Part shown: positions 36,975-46,014 of the stretch, piece after piece | How the letters are laid out: each line of letters begins with the position of its first letter | Numbering within the stretch: the first letter of the stretch is position 1 | Assembly (NCBI GenBank): GCA_963789945.1 | Contig: CAWBMN010000007.1 | Span: 283,178-347,177 of the forward strand | Direction: 5' to 3' | Source of the DNA: an uncultured beta proteobacterium | GTDB taxonomy: Bacteria; Pseudomonadota; Gammaproteobacteria; Burkholderiales; JACQAP01 | DNA length: 64,000 nucleotides | Translations under genes and position numbers: made by a program | The notes under the pieces: generated by a model | What the model saw: only the letters and a program-made list of their open reading frames with translations | Told to the model about the DNA's origin: nothing | Databases searched by the model: none

Positions 36975-38240
36975 ATGAGCATCCTGCTCGGATGCGTAGC
37001 CGATGACTTCACCGGTGCGACCGACCTCGCCAATACACTGGTCAAGGCGCACATGCGCACCGTGCAACTGTTGGGCGTGCCGCGTCCGGGACTGAAAATG
37101 CCTGCCGCTGATTGCGTCATTGTGGCGCTCAAGTCGCGCAGCAATCCCGCCAACGAGGCGGTCACCATGTCGCTCGCCGCTCTCGACTGGCTGCGGCAAC
37201 AGGGCGCCAGGCAATACTACTTCAAGTACTGCTCGACGTTCGACTCCACCGACAAGGGCAACATCGGCCCGGTCGCTGACGCGATGCTGGATGCTATCGG
37301 CGCGGACTTCTCTGTATTCAACCCGGCCTTTCCGACCAACAAGCGCACCGTCTACAAGGGGTATCTGTTCGTTGGCGATGAGCTGCTGTCCGAATCCGGG
37401 ATGCGTCACCATCCGCTCACCCCGATGACCGATCCGTCGCTGGTCCGGGTGCTGCAGCGGCAGACCCGGCACAAGGTCGGCTCGGTTCCGTACGCGACCA
37501 TCGTGAACGGAGTGGAGGCGATTCGCGACGCCTTCGAAAAGCTCCGCAAGCAGGGCATCCGCCATGCGATTCTCGACTCGATCACCGACGAGCATCTGAT
37601 AACGCTGGGCGAGGCTTGCGCTGATCTGAAGGTCGTCACCGGCGGCTCCGGAATGGCGATGGGGCTGCCTGCGAACTTCGTCAGAAAGGGCCTGATGAAA
37701 AGCGGCCAGCACTCGCCTTTACCGACAGTCACCGGGCCCACTGCCGTGTTGGCGGGGTCCTGCTCGGTCGCAACCCAGGGGCAAGTTGCAGCCATGAAGC
37801 AGGATCATGAGTACTTTGAACTCGAGCCGATGGCGATTGCTTCCGGTCGCGATCTCGCGCAGGAGGCGCTCAACTGGGCTGCGAGCCGGCTTTCCGAAAA
37901 ACCGGTTCTGATCTATTCGACCGCCACTCCGGAGCAGGTGAAGGCGGTGCAGGAGCGCCTTGGGCGCGAACATGCGGGCGCTCTGGTGGAGGAAACATTG
38001 GGCAAGATCGCCAGGGGGCTGGTGGCGGCGGGCGTGCGACGGCTGGTGGTTGCCGGCGGCGAGACATCCGGCGCGGTGGTCGGTGCGCTCGGCGTCGAAG
38101 GTCTCGCAATCGGCCCCGAGATCGACCCCGGGGTGCCCTGGACGTTCTCGATCGGCGAACCGGCCTTGGCGCTGGCGTTGAAGTCCGGCAACTTCGGTAC
38201 TCCTGATTTCTTCATCAAAGCCTTCAAGCTTCAACCTTGA
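36975..38240 (+). CDS. otnK: Four-carbon acid-sugar kinase (DUF1537 family), probably 3-oxo-tetronate kinase
   Basis: ATG 36975. MSILLGCVADDFTGATDLANTLV is the DUF1537 N-terminal signature. It is paired with a class II aldolase-family gene downstream. Confidence 0.7.
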   Translation: MSILLGCVADDFTGATDLANTLVKAHMRTVQLLGVPRPGLKMPAADCVIVALKSRSNPANEAVTMSLAALDWLRQQGARQYYFKYCSTFDSTDKGNIGPVADAMLDAIGADFSVFNPAFPTNKRTVYKGYLFVGDELLSESGMRHHPLTPMTDPSLVRVLQRQTRHKVGSVPYATIVNGVEAIRDAFEKLRKQGIRHAILDSITDEHLITLGEACADLKVVTGGSGMAMGLPANFVRKGLMKSGQHSPLPTVTGPTAVLAGSCSVATQGQVAAMKQDHEYFELEPMAIASGRDLAQEALNWAASRLSEKPVLIYSTATPEQVKAVQERLGREHAGALVEETLGKIARGLVAAGVRRLVVAGGETSGAVVGALGVEGLAIGPEIDPGVPWTFSIGEPALALALKSGNFGTPDFFIKAFKLQP

Positions 38241-38247
38241 GACCGCG

Positions 38248-38413
38248 TTCACCACGAAGGCACGAAGACACGAAGGAATTCGAATTCGAACCGTAATTGT
38301 TATGCGATACCGGTGACCGCCAGTGGTCCTGTTGCAGTCGGCGAACAAGCCAGGATATTTCGGTTTTCGCAAACCTTCAGATTTTCTTCGTGTCTTCGTG
38401 CCTTCGTGGTGAA
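38248..38413. repeat. Foldback element E8 (CACGAAG units, 8-nt period)
   Basis: The arms form a perfect 28-nt inverted repeat, TTCACCACGAAGGCACGAAGACACGAAG (left 38248-38275; reverse complement at about 38386-38413). Spacer about 87 bp. It lies between otnK and otnC. Confidence 0.95.
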
Positions 38414-38437
38414 AATAGACTTTTGTCAAAGCGAAAA

Positions 38438-39070
38438 ATGAACGAAGCGAAACTCAGGGAAGAGATCTGCATTCTTGCCAAGTCCATGTTCGATCGCGGA
38501 CTCACGCCCGGAAGTTCCGGCAACATCAGCGCGCGGGTGGAGGACGGCTGGCTGATGACGCCAACCAACTCCTGCCTTGGGCGGCTCGATCCGGCGACGC
38601 TTTCCAAAGTCGACGCGAAGGGCAATCCGGTTTCCGGCGGCAAGCCGACCAAGGAAGCCTTTCTGCATTTGTCCGTGTACGGGCAGCGGCCGTCCGCCGG
38701 CGCCATCGTACACTTGCATTCCACTCATTCTGTCGCCGTGTCCTGTCTCGCCGATACCGACCCTGACCAACCGATTCCGCCGATCACGGCGTACTACGTG
38801 ATGAAGATCGGCAATCTTGTACTGTTACCCTATTTCCCGCCCGGCGACATGACGCTCGCCAACGCGGTTCGCGAAGTCGCCGGCAAGCATCACGCGATCC
38901 TGCTCGCCAACCACGGCCCGGTGGTCGCCGGAAGGGACCTCGAGTCAGCGGTATACGCCACCGAAGAGCTGGAGGAAACGGCGAAGCTGTATTTGCTGTT
39001 GAGGGGCAATCGGCTCAAGATCCTCTCTCCCGAGCAAGTTGCGGAACTGCACCGGAAGTACCCGTCCTGA
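38438..39070 (+). CDS. otnC: Class II aldolase/adducin-family protein, probably 3-oxo-tetronate 4-phosphate decarboxylase
   Basis: ATG 38438. It contains GSSGNISARV and AIVHLHSTHSVA (metal-binding histidines). It is paired with the DUF1537 kinase. Confidence 0.7.
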   Translation: MNEAKLREEICILAKSMFDRGLTPGSSGNISARVEDGWLMTPTNSCLGRLDPATLSKVDAKGNPVSGGKPTKEAFLHLSVYGQRPSAGAIVHLHSTHSVAVSCLADTDPDQPIPPITAYYVMKIGNLVLLPYFPPGDMTLANAVREVAGKHHAILLANHGPVVAGRDLESAVYATEELEETAKLYLLLRGNRLKILSPEQVAELHRKYPS

Positions 39071-39257
39071 GAATCAGGATTCAGGAATCAGAATTCGGGA
39101 CTCAGCGAAATTCAGCCGGCCGACGGCTGGAGTTAAAAGCGTTGACGCGAAGCGCGCCAAGGGAAAAAAATTGAGGACGCGAAGGTGAAACGGGATCAAC
39201 AGCGTTCTATACGGGAATTCACGAACAAGAAATTTGGACTTGTCCACGAGCCACGAG
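39071..39257. repeat. Composite foldback-family element E9
   Basis: From left to right: (GAATCAGG/ATTCAGG)-type 7-8 nt array at 39071-39115; a GC hairpin; the head GCGTTGACGCGAAGCGCGCCAAGGGAAAAAAA (39139-39170); GACGCGAAGG; then CCACGAG-CCACGAG at 39244-39257. It is homologous to E6a. Confidence 0.8.
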
Positions 39258-39438
39258 TTCCGTCATGGGAAGTCGCTACGGCACGTTCAAGAATTTCTAC
39301 CCGCCCTACAGTTTGATCGGCGACTGGCGCCTGTAGGCGCAAATCCTCGTGGGAAGGTTCCGGTTGTGAATCCTGTCGCCGCGGCAGGGTCTGCGACTAG
39401 AATGAGATTGTCCTAGTCGAAGGTAGCGCGCGACCGTC

Positions 39439-41985
39439 TTGAAACCGATCTTCTCCCGGCTGATTCCGGTCTTCGGGCTGGCGCTGTTCGCCGTGGCACT
39501 GTTGGCGCTGCATCACGCGCTCGGCAGCTATCACTATCATGATGTCGTGCATGCGCTGGAAGAGATTCCGCCGCAGAAGCTGGCGCTGTCGGCGCTCTTC
39601 GCCGGGTTGGGCTATGTTGTGCTCACCGGTTACGACGCGCTTGGCTTCCGCTACCTCGGACGCGAGTTCAGCTACCCCAAGCTCGCGCGCGTTTCCTTCA
39701 TCGGCTACGCCTTCAGCAACAACGTCGGTTTCGCCGCGCTCGCCGGCGGCTCCATCCGGCTGAGGATGTATTCGGACTGGGGGCTGTCGGCGGTGGAGAT
39801 CGCCAAGCTAGTCGCCTTTCTCGGGCTGACCTTCTGGATCGGATTCCTGGCGATCCAGGGCGCGGCCCTGACCTTTGCGTCGATCCCCGAAGAAATGCCG
39901 CTGCATGCGCCCACCGCACGCGCCATCGGTGTCGTTTTCCTGCTCGCGGTGGCGGCTTACCTCGCGTTCATCTTGATGCGGCGCGCACCGCTGGTGGTGC
40001 GCGACTGGGAAATCGATGTGCCTTCGGTGCAGATCGCCATCCCGCAGATCGCGGTCGCCGTGCTGGACTGGGCCTTGGTTGCAGTGACGCTGTATGTGCT
40101 AATGCCTGCGGAACCTGCGCTGTCCTTTCCCGCTTTTCTGTCGGTTTTCCTGGTTGCCCAGCTGATAGGACTTGTAAGCCACGTGCCCGGCGGCCTCGGC
40201 GTGTTCGAGTCCGTCATCCTGCTGTTCCTGCACCAGCAAACTCCAGCGCCCGCGGTGGCCGCAGCGCTGCTTGCATTCAGGCTTATCTATTACCTGCTGC
40301 CGCTTGCGCTTGCAGCGGCGATGCTGGGTGCGCACGAACTGTTGCAGCGCCGACGGCAAATGGCACAACTGTCACGCGTACTCGGAGGCTGGCTGACCAA
40401 CCTTCTGCCGGCGGTCTTCGCCATCACGACATTTGCCGGCGGCGCGATTCTGCTGTTTTCCGGCGCCACGCCCCCGGAGGCCGAGCGCCTGGCATGGCTG
40501 CGTCGGGTCATGCCGTTGCCGCTGCTCGAGTTTTCGCACCTGCTCGGCAGTTTGGTCGGCGCCGGTCTGCTCATTCTTGCCTGGGGTCTGCGCCGCCGGC
40601 TTGACGCCGCCTACCACCTCTCCATCGGCCTGCTGCTTATCGGCGGGTACGCCTCGCTTTTGAAGGGCCTCGACTACGAGGAAGCCATGTTCCTGATCGT
40701 GACCGCGGCGGCGCTGTTGCCGTGCCGGCGCCACTTCTACCGCAAGGCCACGCTTGCGAGCGACACATTCAGCGCGGGCTGGGTCGCTGCGATCGTCCTG
40801 GTCGTGGCCGGCTCGCTCTGGCTCGCGGTGTTCGCGCACAAGCACGTCGATTATTCAAACGACCTGTGGTGGCACTTCGCGTTCCGCGCCGACGCGCCGC
40901 GCGTGCTGCGCGCCAGCGTCATCGTGGTGAGCTTCCTGATTCTGTTCGCGCTCTACCGGCTGCTGCGGCCTGCGCCGGCGGAACCGAATCCGCCGGACGA
41001 GGCCGAGCTCGCGCGGGCCGGATTGGTCATTGCGACCTCGTCCGACACCGGGGCCAACCTGGCGCTGCTCGCCGACAAGGACCTGCTGTTCAGTGAAAGC
41101 GGCAACACCTTCATCATGTACGGCGTCGGGCGTCGCAGCTGGGTCGCCCTCGGCGACCCGGTGGGTGCGGAGTCGGAAAAGCGCGAACTCGTCTGGCGCT
41201 TTCGGGAAATGTGCGATCGCCACGACGGCTGGCCGGTATTCTACGAAGTCGGCACCCGGCATCTGGACCTTTATCTCGACCTCGGGCTGACACTGATGAA
41301 GCTGGGAGAAGAGGCGCGTGTGCGGCTGGAGGGTTTCTCGCTCGAGGGTGCGGCGCGCAAGAGCCTGCGCTACACCGTGCGCAAACTGGAGAAGGACGGC
41401 GTCACGTTCGAATGGGTGCCCGTCGAAGGCGTGCCGGCCCGGCTGCCGGTACTCAAGACGGTGTCGGACGCCTGGCTTGTTGAAAAGCACGTCGCCGAGA
41501 AACGTTTCTCGCTCGGCTCGTTTGACGAGCGTTACCTGAGCCACTTTCCGATCAGCCTGGTGCGGCAGAACGACCGCATCGTCGCCTTCGCCAACGTCTG
41601 GCCGGGGGCGGACAAGGAAGAACTCTCGCCGGACCTGATGCGCTTTACGCCGGATGCGCCGAACGGCACCATGGATTACTTGTTCACGAAGATGATGCTG
41701 GCCGGCCAGGAGCGCGGCTTCAAATGGTTTAACCTCGGGATGGCGCCGCTCTCCGGCCTGGAGAACCGTGCGCTCGCGCCGGTCTGGGCGCGGCTGGGCG
41801 CGCTGATCTTCCGGCATGGCGAGCATTTCTACAATTTCCAGGGCCTGCGGCAGTACAAGGAGAAGTTCGATCCCGAGTGGAGTCCGAAGTATCTGGCCTC
41901 TCCCGGCGGACTGATCCTGCCGGTGATTTTCACCAACGTGGCAACTCTGATTTCCGGCAGCCTGAGAGGCGTGATATCCCGATGA
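39439..41985 (+). CDS. mprF: Bifunctional lysyl-phosphatidylglycerol flippase/synthase
   Basis: 848 aa. It has about 14 TM helices and then the C-terminal synthase domain (FTPDAPNGTMDYLF, FNLGMAPLSGL, HGEHFYNFQGLRQYKEKF). Confidence 0.9.
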   Translation: MKPIFSRLIPVFGLALFAVALLALHHALGSYHYHDVVHALEEIPPQKLALSALFAGLGYVVLTGYDALGFRYLGREFSYPKLARVSFIGYAFSNNVGFAALAGGSIRLRMYSDWGLSAVEIAKLVAFLGLTFWIGFLAIQGAALTFASIPEEMPLHAPTARAIGVVFLLAVAAYLAFILMRRAPLVVRDWEIDVPSVQIAIPQIAVAVLDWALVAVTLYVLMPAEPALSFPAFLSVFLVAQLIGLVSHVPGGLGVFESVILLFLHQQTPAPAVAAALLAFRLIYYLLPLALAAAMLGAHELLQRRRQMAQLSRVLGGWLTNLLPAVFAITTFAGGAILLFSGATPPEAERLAWLRRVMPLPLLEFSHLLGSLVGAGLLILAWGLRRRLDAAYHLSIGLLLIGGYASLLKGLDYEEAMFLIVTAAALLPCRRHFYRKATLASDTFSAGWVAAIVLVVAGSLWLAVFAHKHVDYSNDLWWHFAFRADAPRVLRASVIVVSFLILFALYRLLRPAPAEPNPPDEAELARAGLVIATSSDTGANLALLADKDLLFSESGNTFIMYGVGRRSWVALGDPVGAESEKRELVWRFREMCDRHDGWPVFYEVGTRHLDLYLDLGLTLMKLGEEARVRLEGFSLEGAARKSLRYTVRKLEKDGVTFEWVPVEGVPARLPVLKTVSDAWLVEKHVAEKRFSLGSFDERYLSHFPISLVRQNDRIVAFANVWPGADKEELSPDLMRFTPDAPNGTMDYLFTKMMLAGQERGFKWFNLGMAPLSGLENRALAPVWARLGALIFRHGEHFYNFQGLRQYKEKFDPEWSPKYLASPGGLILPVIFTNVATLISGSLRGVISR

Positions 41986-43367
41986 AATTCCCGATTTCCG
42001 TTCTGCTTGCGGCGGCGTGTGCCGTCACCGCATCCGTCGCCTCCGCGCAGGAGACGCTGACCTTCAGCCGCTTCGGCAAGCTCACGCTCTACGGCGACAC
42101 GAAGGACCCTGCGGGCGTGGCGCTGCTCGCTTCCGGCGAGCGCGGCTGGAACCATATCGTGGAGGACATGGCGCGTGCGGTGGCCGAGGAGGGTGTGCTG
42201 GTGATCGGCGTCGATACCGGCCGCTACCTCAAGGCGCTCGAGGCTGCCGCGGACAAGTGCGCGTATCCCGCGGCCGACTTCGAGGCGCTGTCCCAGTTCG
42301 TGCAGAAGAAATTGGAACTCGTGCGCTACCAGACGCCGCAACTGATCGGCTACTCCACGGGCGCGGCGCTCACCTACGCCAGCGCGCAGCAGGCGCCGCC
42401 CGGCACCTTCAGCGGCGTGGTGAGCCTCGGCTTCTGCCCGCGTATTTCGCTGGTGAAGCCGCTGTGCCGCGGCAGCGGACCGCGCATCGCCGAGAGCGAC
42501 GACGGCAGCCAGCGTTTTCTCCCGCCGGAGAAATTCCCGGTGCCTTGGGTCGTGCTGCAGGGCGAAGAGGATGCGGTGTGTGATCCGCGGAAGGCGATCG
42601 AATTCGTGGGCGGCAGCGATGTCGGCGGCGTGGTGGTGCTGAGCAAAGTGGGTCACGACTTCGACTACAAGCAGAACTGGATACCGCAGTTGAAAGCGGC
42701 GGCGACAAAGTTGAAACCGAACCCCGCCGCCAGCCAGACCGCGGAGCAGGTCGGCGACCTGCCGCTGGTCGAGCTACCGGCGAAAGCCGCGGCGAACGAC
42801 ACGCTGGCGGTTATCATCTCCGGCAACGGCGGTTGGGCCGGCATCGACAAGTCGCTGGGCGAGCTGTTCGCGCAGCAGGGCATCGCGGTGGTGGGCCTGA
42901 ACTCGCTGCAGTATTTCTGGAAGAAGCGCGATCCCGATGTCGCGGCCCGGGATCTGGAGCGCATCGTGCGGCACTACCTGACGGCGTGGAAAAAGGAGAA
43001 GCTGCTTCTGGTGGGCTATTCCACCGGTGCGGATGTGCTGCCGTTCATGACGAGCCGCCTGCCGAAGGAGCTACTCTCGCGGGTAAAACTGGTCGCCTTA
43101 CTCGGACCCTCGTCCAATGCGAGTTTCGAGTTCCACGTCGCCGAATGGATAGGATTGAACCCGGCGAAGCAAGCACATCCGGTGAAGCCGCAGGTGGCGA
43201 AACTGCAGGGCACCAGGGTGCTGTGCATCTACGGCGAAGAAGAGAAGGACTCGCTTTGCACGAAGCTCGCGCCCGACATGGCGACGCGCAAGGTGCTCAA
43301 GGGTGCGCATCACTTCGGCGGCGACTACCGGGCGCTCGCCGCGGAAATCCTGAAATCGGCGGAATAG
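41982..43367 (+). CDS. acvB: AcvB/VirJ-family lysyl-phosphatidylglycerol hydrolase
   Basis: The ATG overlaps the mprF stop (ATGA). It has a signal peptide and two alpha/beta-hydrolase-like halves, each with a GYSTGA nucleophile elbow. Confidence 0.78.
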   Translation: MKFPISVLLAAACAVTASVASAQETLTFSRFGKLTLYGDTKDPAGVALLASGERGWNHIVEDMARAVAEEGVLVIGVDTGRYLKALEAAADKCAYPAADFEALSQFVQKKLELVRYQTPQLIGYSTGAALTYASAQQAPPGTFSGVVSLGFCPRISLVKPLCRGSGPRIAESDDGSQRFLPPEKFPVPWVVLQGEEDAVCDPRKAIEFVGGSDVGGVVVLSKVGHDFDYKQNWIPQLKAAATKLKPNPAASQTAEQVGDLPLVELPAKAAANDTLAVIISGNGGWAGIDKSLGELFAQQGIAVVGLNSLQYFWKKRDPDVAARDLERIVRHYLTAWKKEKLLLVGYSTGADVLPFMTSRLPKELLSRVKLVALLGPSSNASFEFHVAEWIGLNPAKQAHPVKPQVAKLQGTRVLCIYGEEEKDSLCTKLAPDMATRKVLKGAHHFGGDYRALAAEILKSAE

Positions 43368-43453
43368 CCGTTGGCACCGGGGTGATACCCGCCGCATAAT
43401 AGCCGGCAAACGGCAACTGTCCGCTTCGAATAATCTCTCGGAGGAAGGGCGCA

Positions 43454-43933
43454 ATGAAGCAATTGGCGGCGGTTCTGGGGCTTGTTCTCTGGCCGGCGGT
43501 TCTCCATGCCGGACCGACGCAAAAGATACTCGATCACTATGCGGAAGTGGCCAGGCAGGAAGACCCGGGTTTCGACGGGTTCTCGGGCGAACGCGGGGAA
43601 AAGCTCTATCACGAGAAAGGGATCATCCGTGGCCTCGGGTTCGTTACCTGTGCGTCCTGCCACCTTCCCGACCCTCGCGATATGATCATCGCGCACGAGA
43701 GCAAGATCCTGTGCCGCGCCTGTCACGTCATCAACGACGAAGAACACCCCAATCCCAAGAAGGCGAAAGTGCGGAAAATTCCGCCGCTGGCGCCATCGGC
43801 GAACGCGAAGCGCCTGACCGATCCGCAGACCGTGGAAGACTTCCTGCGGGTGAACTGCACGCTTGTGTTCAAGCGGGAATGCACGGCGAAAGAAAAGGGC
43901 GACGTGCTGGTCTGGCTGGGCGGGGTAAAGTGA
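43454..43933 (+). CDS. Periplasmic dihaem c-type cytochrome-like protein (DUF1924-like)
   Basis: 159 aa with a signal peptide and two CxxCH motifs, CASCH and CRACH. Confidence 0.68.
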   Translation: MKQLAAVLGLVLWPAVLHAGPTQKILDHYAEVARQEDPGFDGFSGERGEKLYHEKGIIRGLGFVTCASCHLPDPRDMIIAHESKILCRACHVINDEEHPNPKKAKVRKIPPLAPSANAKRLTDPQTVEDFLRVNCTLVFKRECTAKEKGDVLVWLGGVK

Positions 43934-43985
43934 TGTGACGGTGGTCCCTGACCCGCACGCGGCAAGCGAGCTTCAGGCGCGGCAG

Positions 43986-44552
43986 ATGCGACGGGTCTTT
44001 CCATGGATAGCGATTGCCCTGCTCGTTCTGTCCGCGCCCGTAATCCGGAGTGGCCATGCGAAGGAGGAACAAGCCATGACGCTCAAGCTGACATCATCCG
44101 CCTTCGGGCATGAAGGTGGCATCCCCAGGCTCCACACCTGCCAGGGAAAGGACGTCTCCCCGCCGCTGGCTTGGAGCGGTGTTACGGAAAATGCAAAGAG
44201 CCTGGTACTCATCGTCGATGATCCCGACGCGCCCGATCCGGCCGCACCGACGATGACCTGGGTCCACTGGGTGCTGTACAACATCCCGCACTCGGCGACG
44301 GGTCTGCCGCAAGGGGTCTCGCCGAACGAACTGCCCGACGGAACGCTGGAAGGCGTCAGCGATTTCCAGCGTACCGGCTATGGCGGCCCGTGTCCGCCGA
44401 TCGGGCGCCATCGCTACTTCCACAAGCTCTACGCCCTTGACACCGTACTTGCGAATTTGAAGAAACCGCGCAAAGCCGATGTCGAGAAGGCGATGAAGGG
44501 TCATATCATCGAACAGGCGGTATTGGTGGGGACTTATCAGAAGAGTCCGTGA
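43986..44552 (+). CDS. YbhB/YbcL-family (PEBP/Raf-kinase-inhibitor-like) protein
   Basis: ATG 43986 gives the signal peptide MRRVFPWIAIALLVLSAPV. The PEBP core contains LIVDDPDAP and GYGGPCPPIGRHRYFHKLYAL. Confidence 0.85.
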   Translation: MRRVFPWIAIALLVLSAPVIRSGHAKEEQAMTLKLTSSAFGHEGGIPRLHTCQGKDVSPPLAWSGVTENAKSLVLIVDDPDAPDPAAPTMTWVHWVLYNIPHSATGLPQGVSPNELPDGTLEGVSDFQRTGYGGPCPPIGRHRYFHKLYALDTVLANLKKPRKADVEKAMKGHIIEQAVLVGTYQKSP

Positions 44553-44710
44553 GGCCGGCAATTGTGCCGTTTCGCGATCTATCGAATCCCGGGCCGCGAC
44601 AACATCGGGACGTGTCGGCGCATTCCTGAGATTGCGCCGGCGAATCGAACGCGCATGACCGGAAGCAGGTAATTTTCTGTTTCGACAGAAACCGGGGGAC
44701 GAAGTCAGGC

Positions 44711-45299
44711 ATGGCACTACGCATCCCGTCAATTTTCGTGTTGACCCGATTGGTCGCCGTTTCTTTGTGTGGGATTCAGCTGGCCGCCGGCGAACCCTCA
44801 GTGGCATTCGAGTACAAAGGGCTGCCCGGCCAAATGACCATGGAGCAGGCGAAGGACTACGGCGGATATTCGCTCGCCTGCGAAACCGACACAATTGTGC
44901 CGGCGCTGGTCCACTGCCACGATCACTCGACCACTTACCTGGGAAAGCGTGCAATTCTCAAGCTCGAGTTCATCGAACGGTAACCTGGCGATGCTGACCC
45001 TGCTGGTGCCGGCGGACCACTTCGGAGAAGTCAGACGCGACGTCCTGCGCCGGTACGGCAAGCCGCGCCGGCACGGAACCGAAACCGACGGACCGAAACC
45101 CTACGAGCACATGGAGTGGACGCTCGCCGATGGCGAGTTGGTCCTGGATGAATGGATCGCCCGTTTTAATCCGGCCGATCAGCGGTTCGCTACAGTACTG
45201 GGACTGAGATTTCTGCCGTCGGCGCTGGAAAAGCGGCGGGCGGAAGTGGCGTGGATACGGCACAGGTCAAGCGAGGAGCGGAATCAGGCTGACATGTAG
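44711..45299 (+). pseudogene. Hypothetical secreted protein, apparently split by a +1 frameshift
   Basis: ORF 44711-44983 (signal-like N-terminus ...RAILKLEFIER) continues naturally in the next frame as GNLAMLTLLVPADHFGEVRRDVLRRYGKP. The break is near 44975. I see no family assignment. Confidence 0.35.
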
Positions 45300-45402
45300 C
45301 AGGATCGATTCGGGGCGCCGGCCCGGCTCGCGGCGCACTGGCGCGCAGGACCTTGCAGGAGTGCGTGCGGAAGATGAGTAGTCCGCACGGATCATCAGAC
45401 GG

Positions 45403-45630
45403 CTACGACTTGGCGTGGTACCTCGCCCGCACGACACGATGGGCGGCCGCGAAAACGAAGTTGTACTCGCTCCATTTTTCCTTGTCCCACGTCACATCCA
45501 GCAATTGGGGCGCGGTATAGGGAGAAGGCGCCGCAACAAACTGCATCCCTTTCTGGTAGTACGGGTGCCGTTTGATTTCTTCGTTGAGCAACTCAACGTA
45601 GCGTGCGGTGGGAACAGTCTGCTTCTGCAT
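45403..45630 (-). CDS. Small hypothetical protein
   Basis: ATG 45630 is preceded by GGAGG. The protein is 75 aa (MQKQTVPTARYVELLNEEIKRHPYYQKG...). No recognisable family. Confidence 0.35.
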   Translation of the reverse strand: MQKQTVPTARYVELLNEEIKRHPYYQKGMQFVAAPSPYTAPQLLDVTWDKEKWSEYNFVFAAAHRVVRARYHAKS

Positions 45631-46014
45631 GTCTTGCCTCCATAGAAACCCGGATTGCTCTATTACGGACTCGTCACGGGCGCAAGTGCTTCCGGCCTGT
45701 GGCAAAGCGGATACCGTGTGTCGAACGTCGGAATCGGCTGAGTTGGGTATTGCATGATCAGGGACGCATATCCCTGAATTTCGGCGGGAGTCCGCTGACT
45801 TACTCGTTGCCCGACAAAGTCTGCACCGTGGTGCAAATCAGCGACGGTAGCTCATTGTATCCTTCAAGCGCCTCATTGACAAGGGAAAAACAGAAATCGG
45901 TCGGCAGTTGCCGGAGTTCTATTGGCGGATTTCGCCACTCGGGAACGACATCCGGGCGCAGGTGGCAAACGCAAAGCGGCGCATGAGCGCAGGAATTGAT
46001 GCCTTCATCCTGGT

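Noticed and set aside
43371-43390. A sigma-54-like TGGCAC motif upstream of the dihaem cytochrome gene, a possible PilR/NtrC-type target.
   Set aside because: The -12 element is missing: TGGCACCGGGGTGATA lacks TTGC at the correct spacing. The other TGGCA(C/T) occurrences I saw are either inside genes or off by one in spacing.
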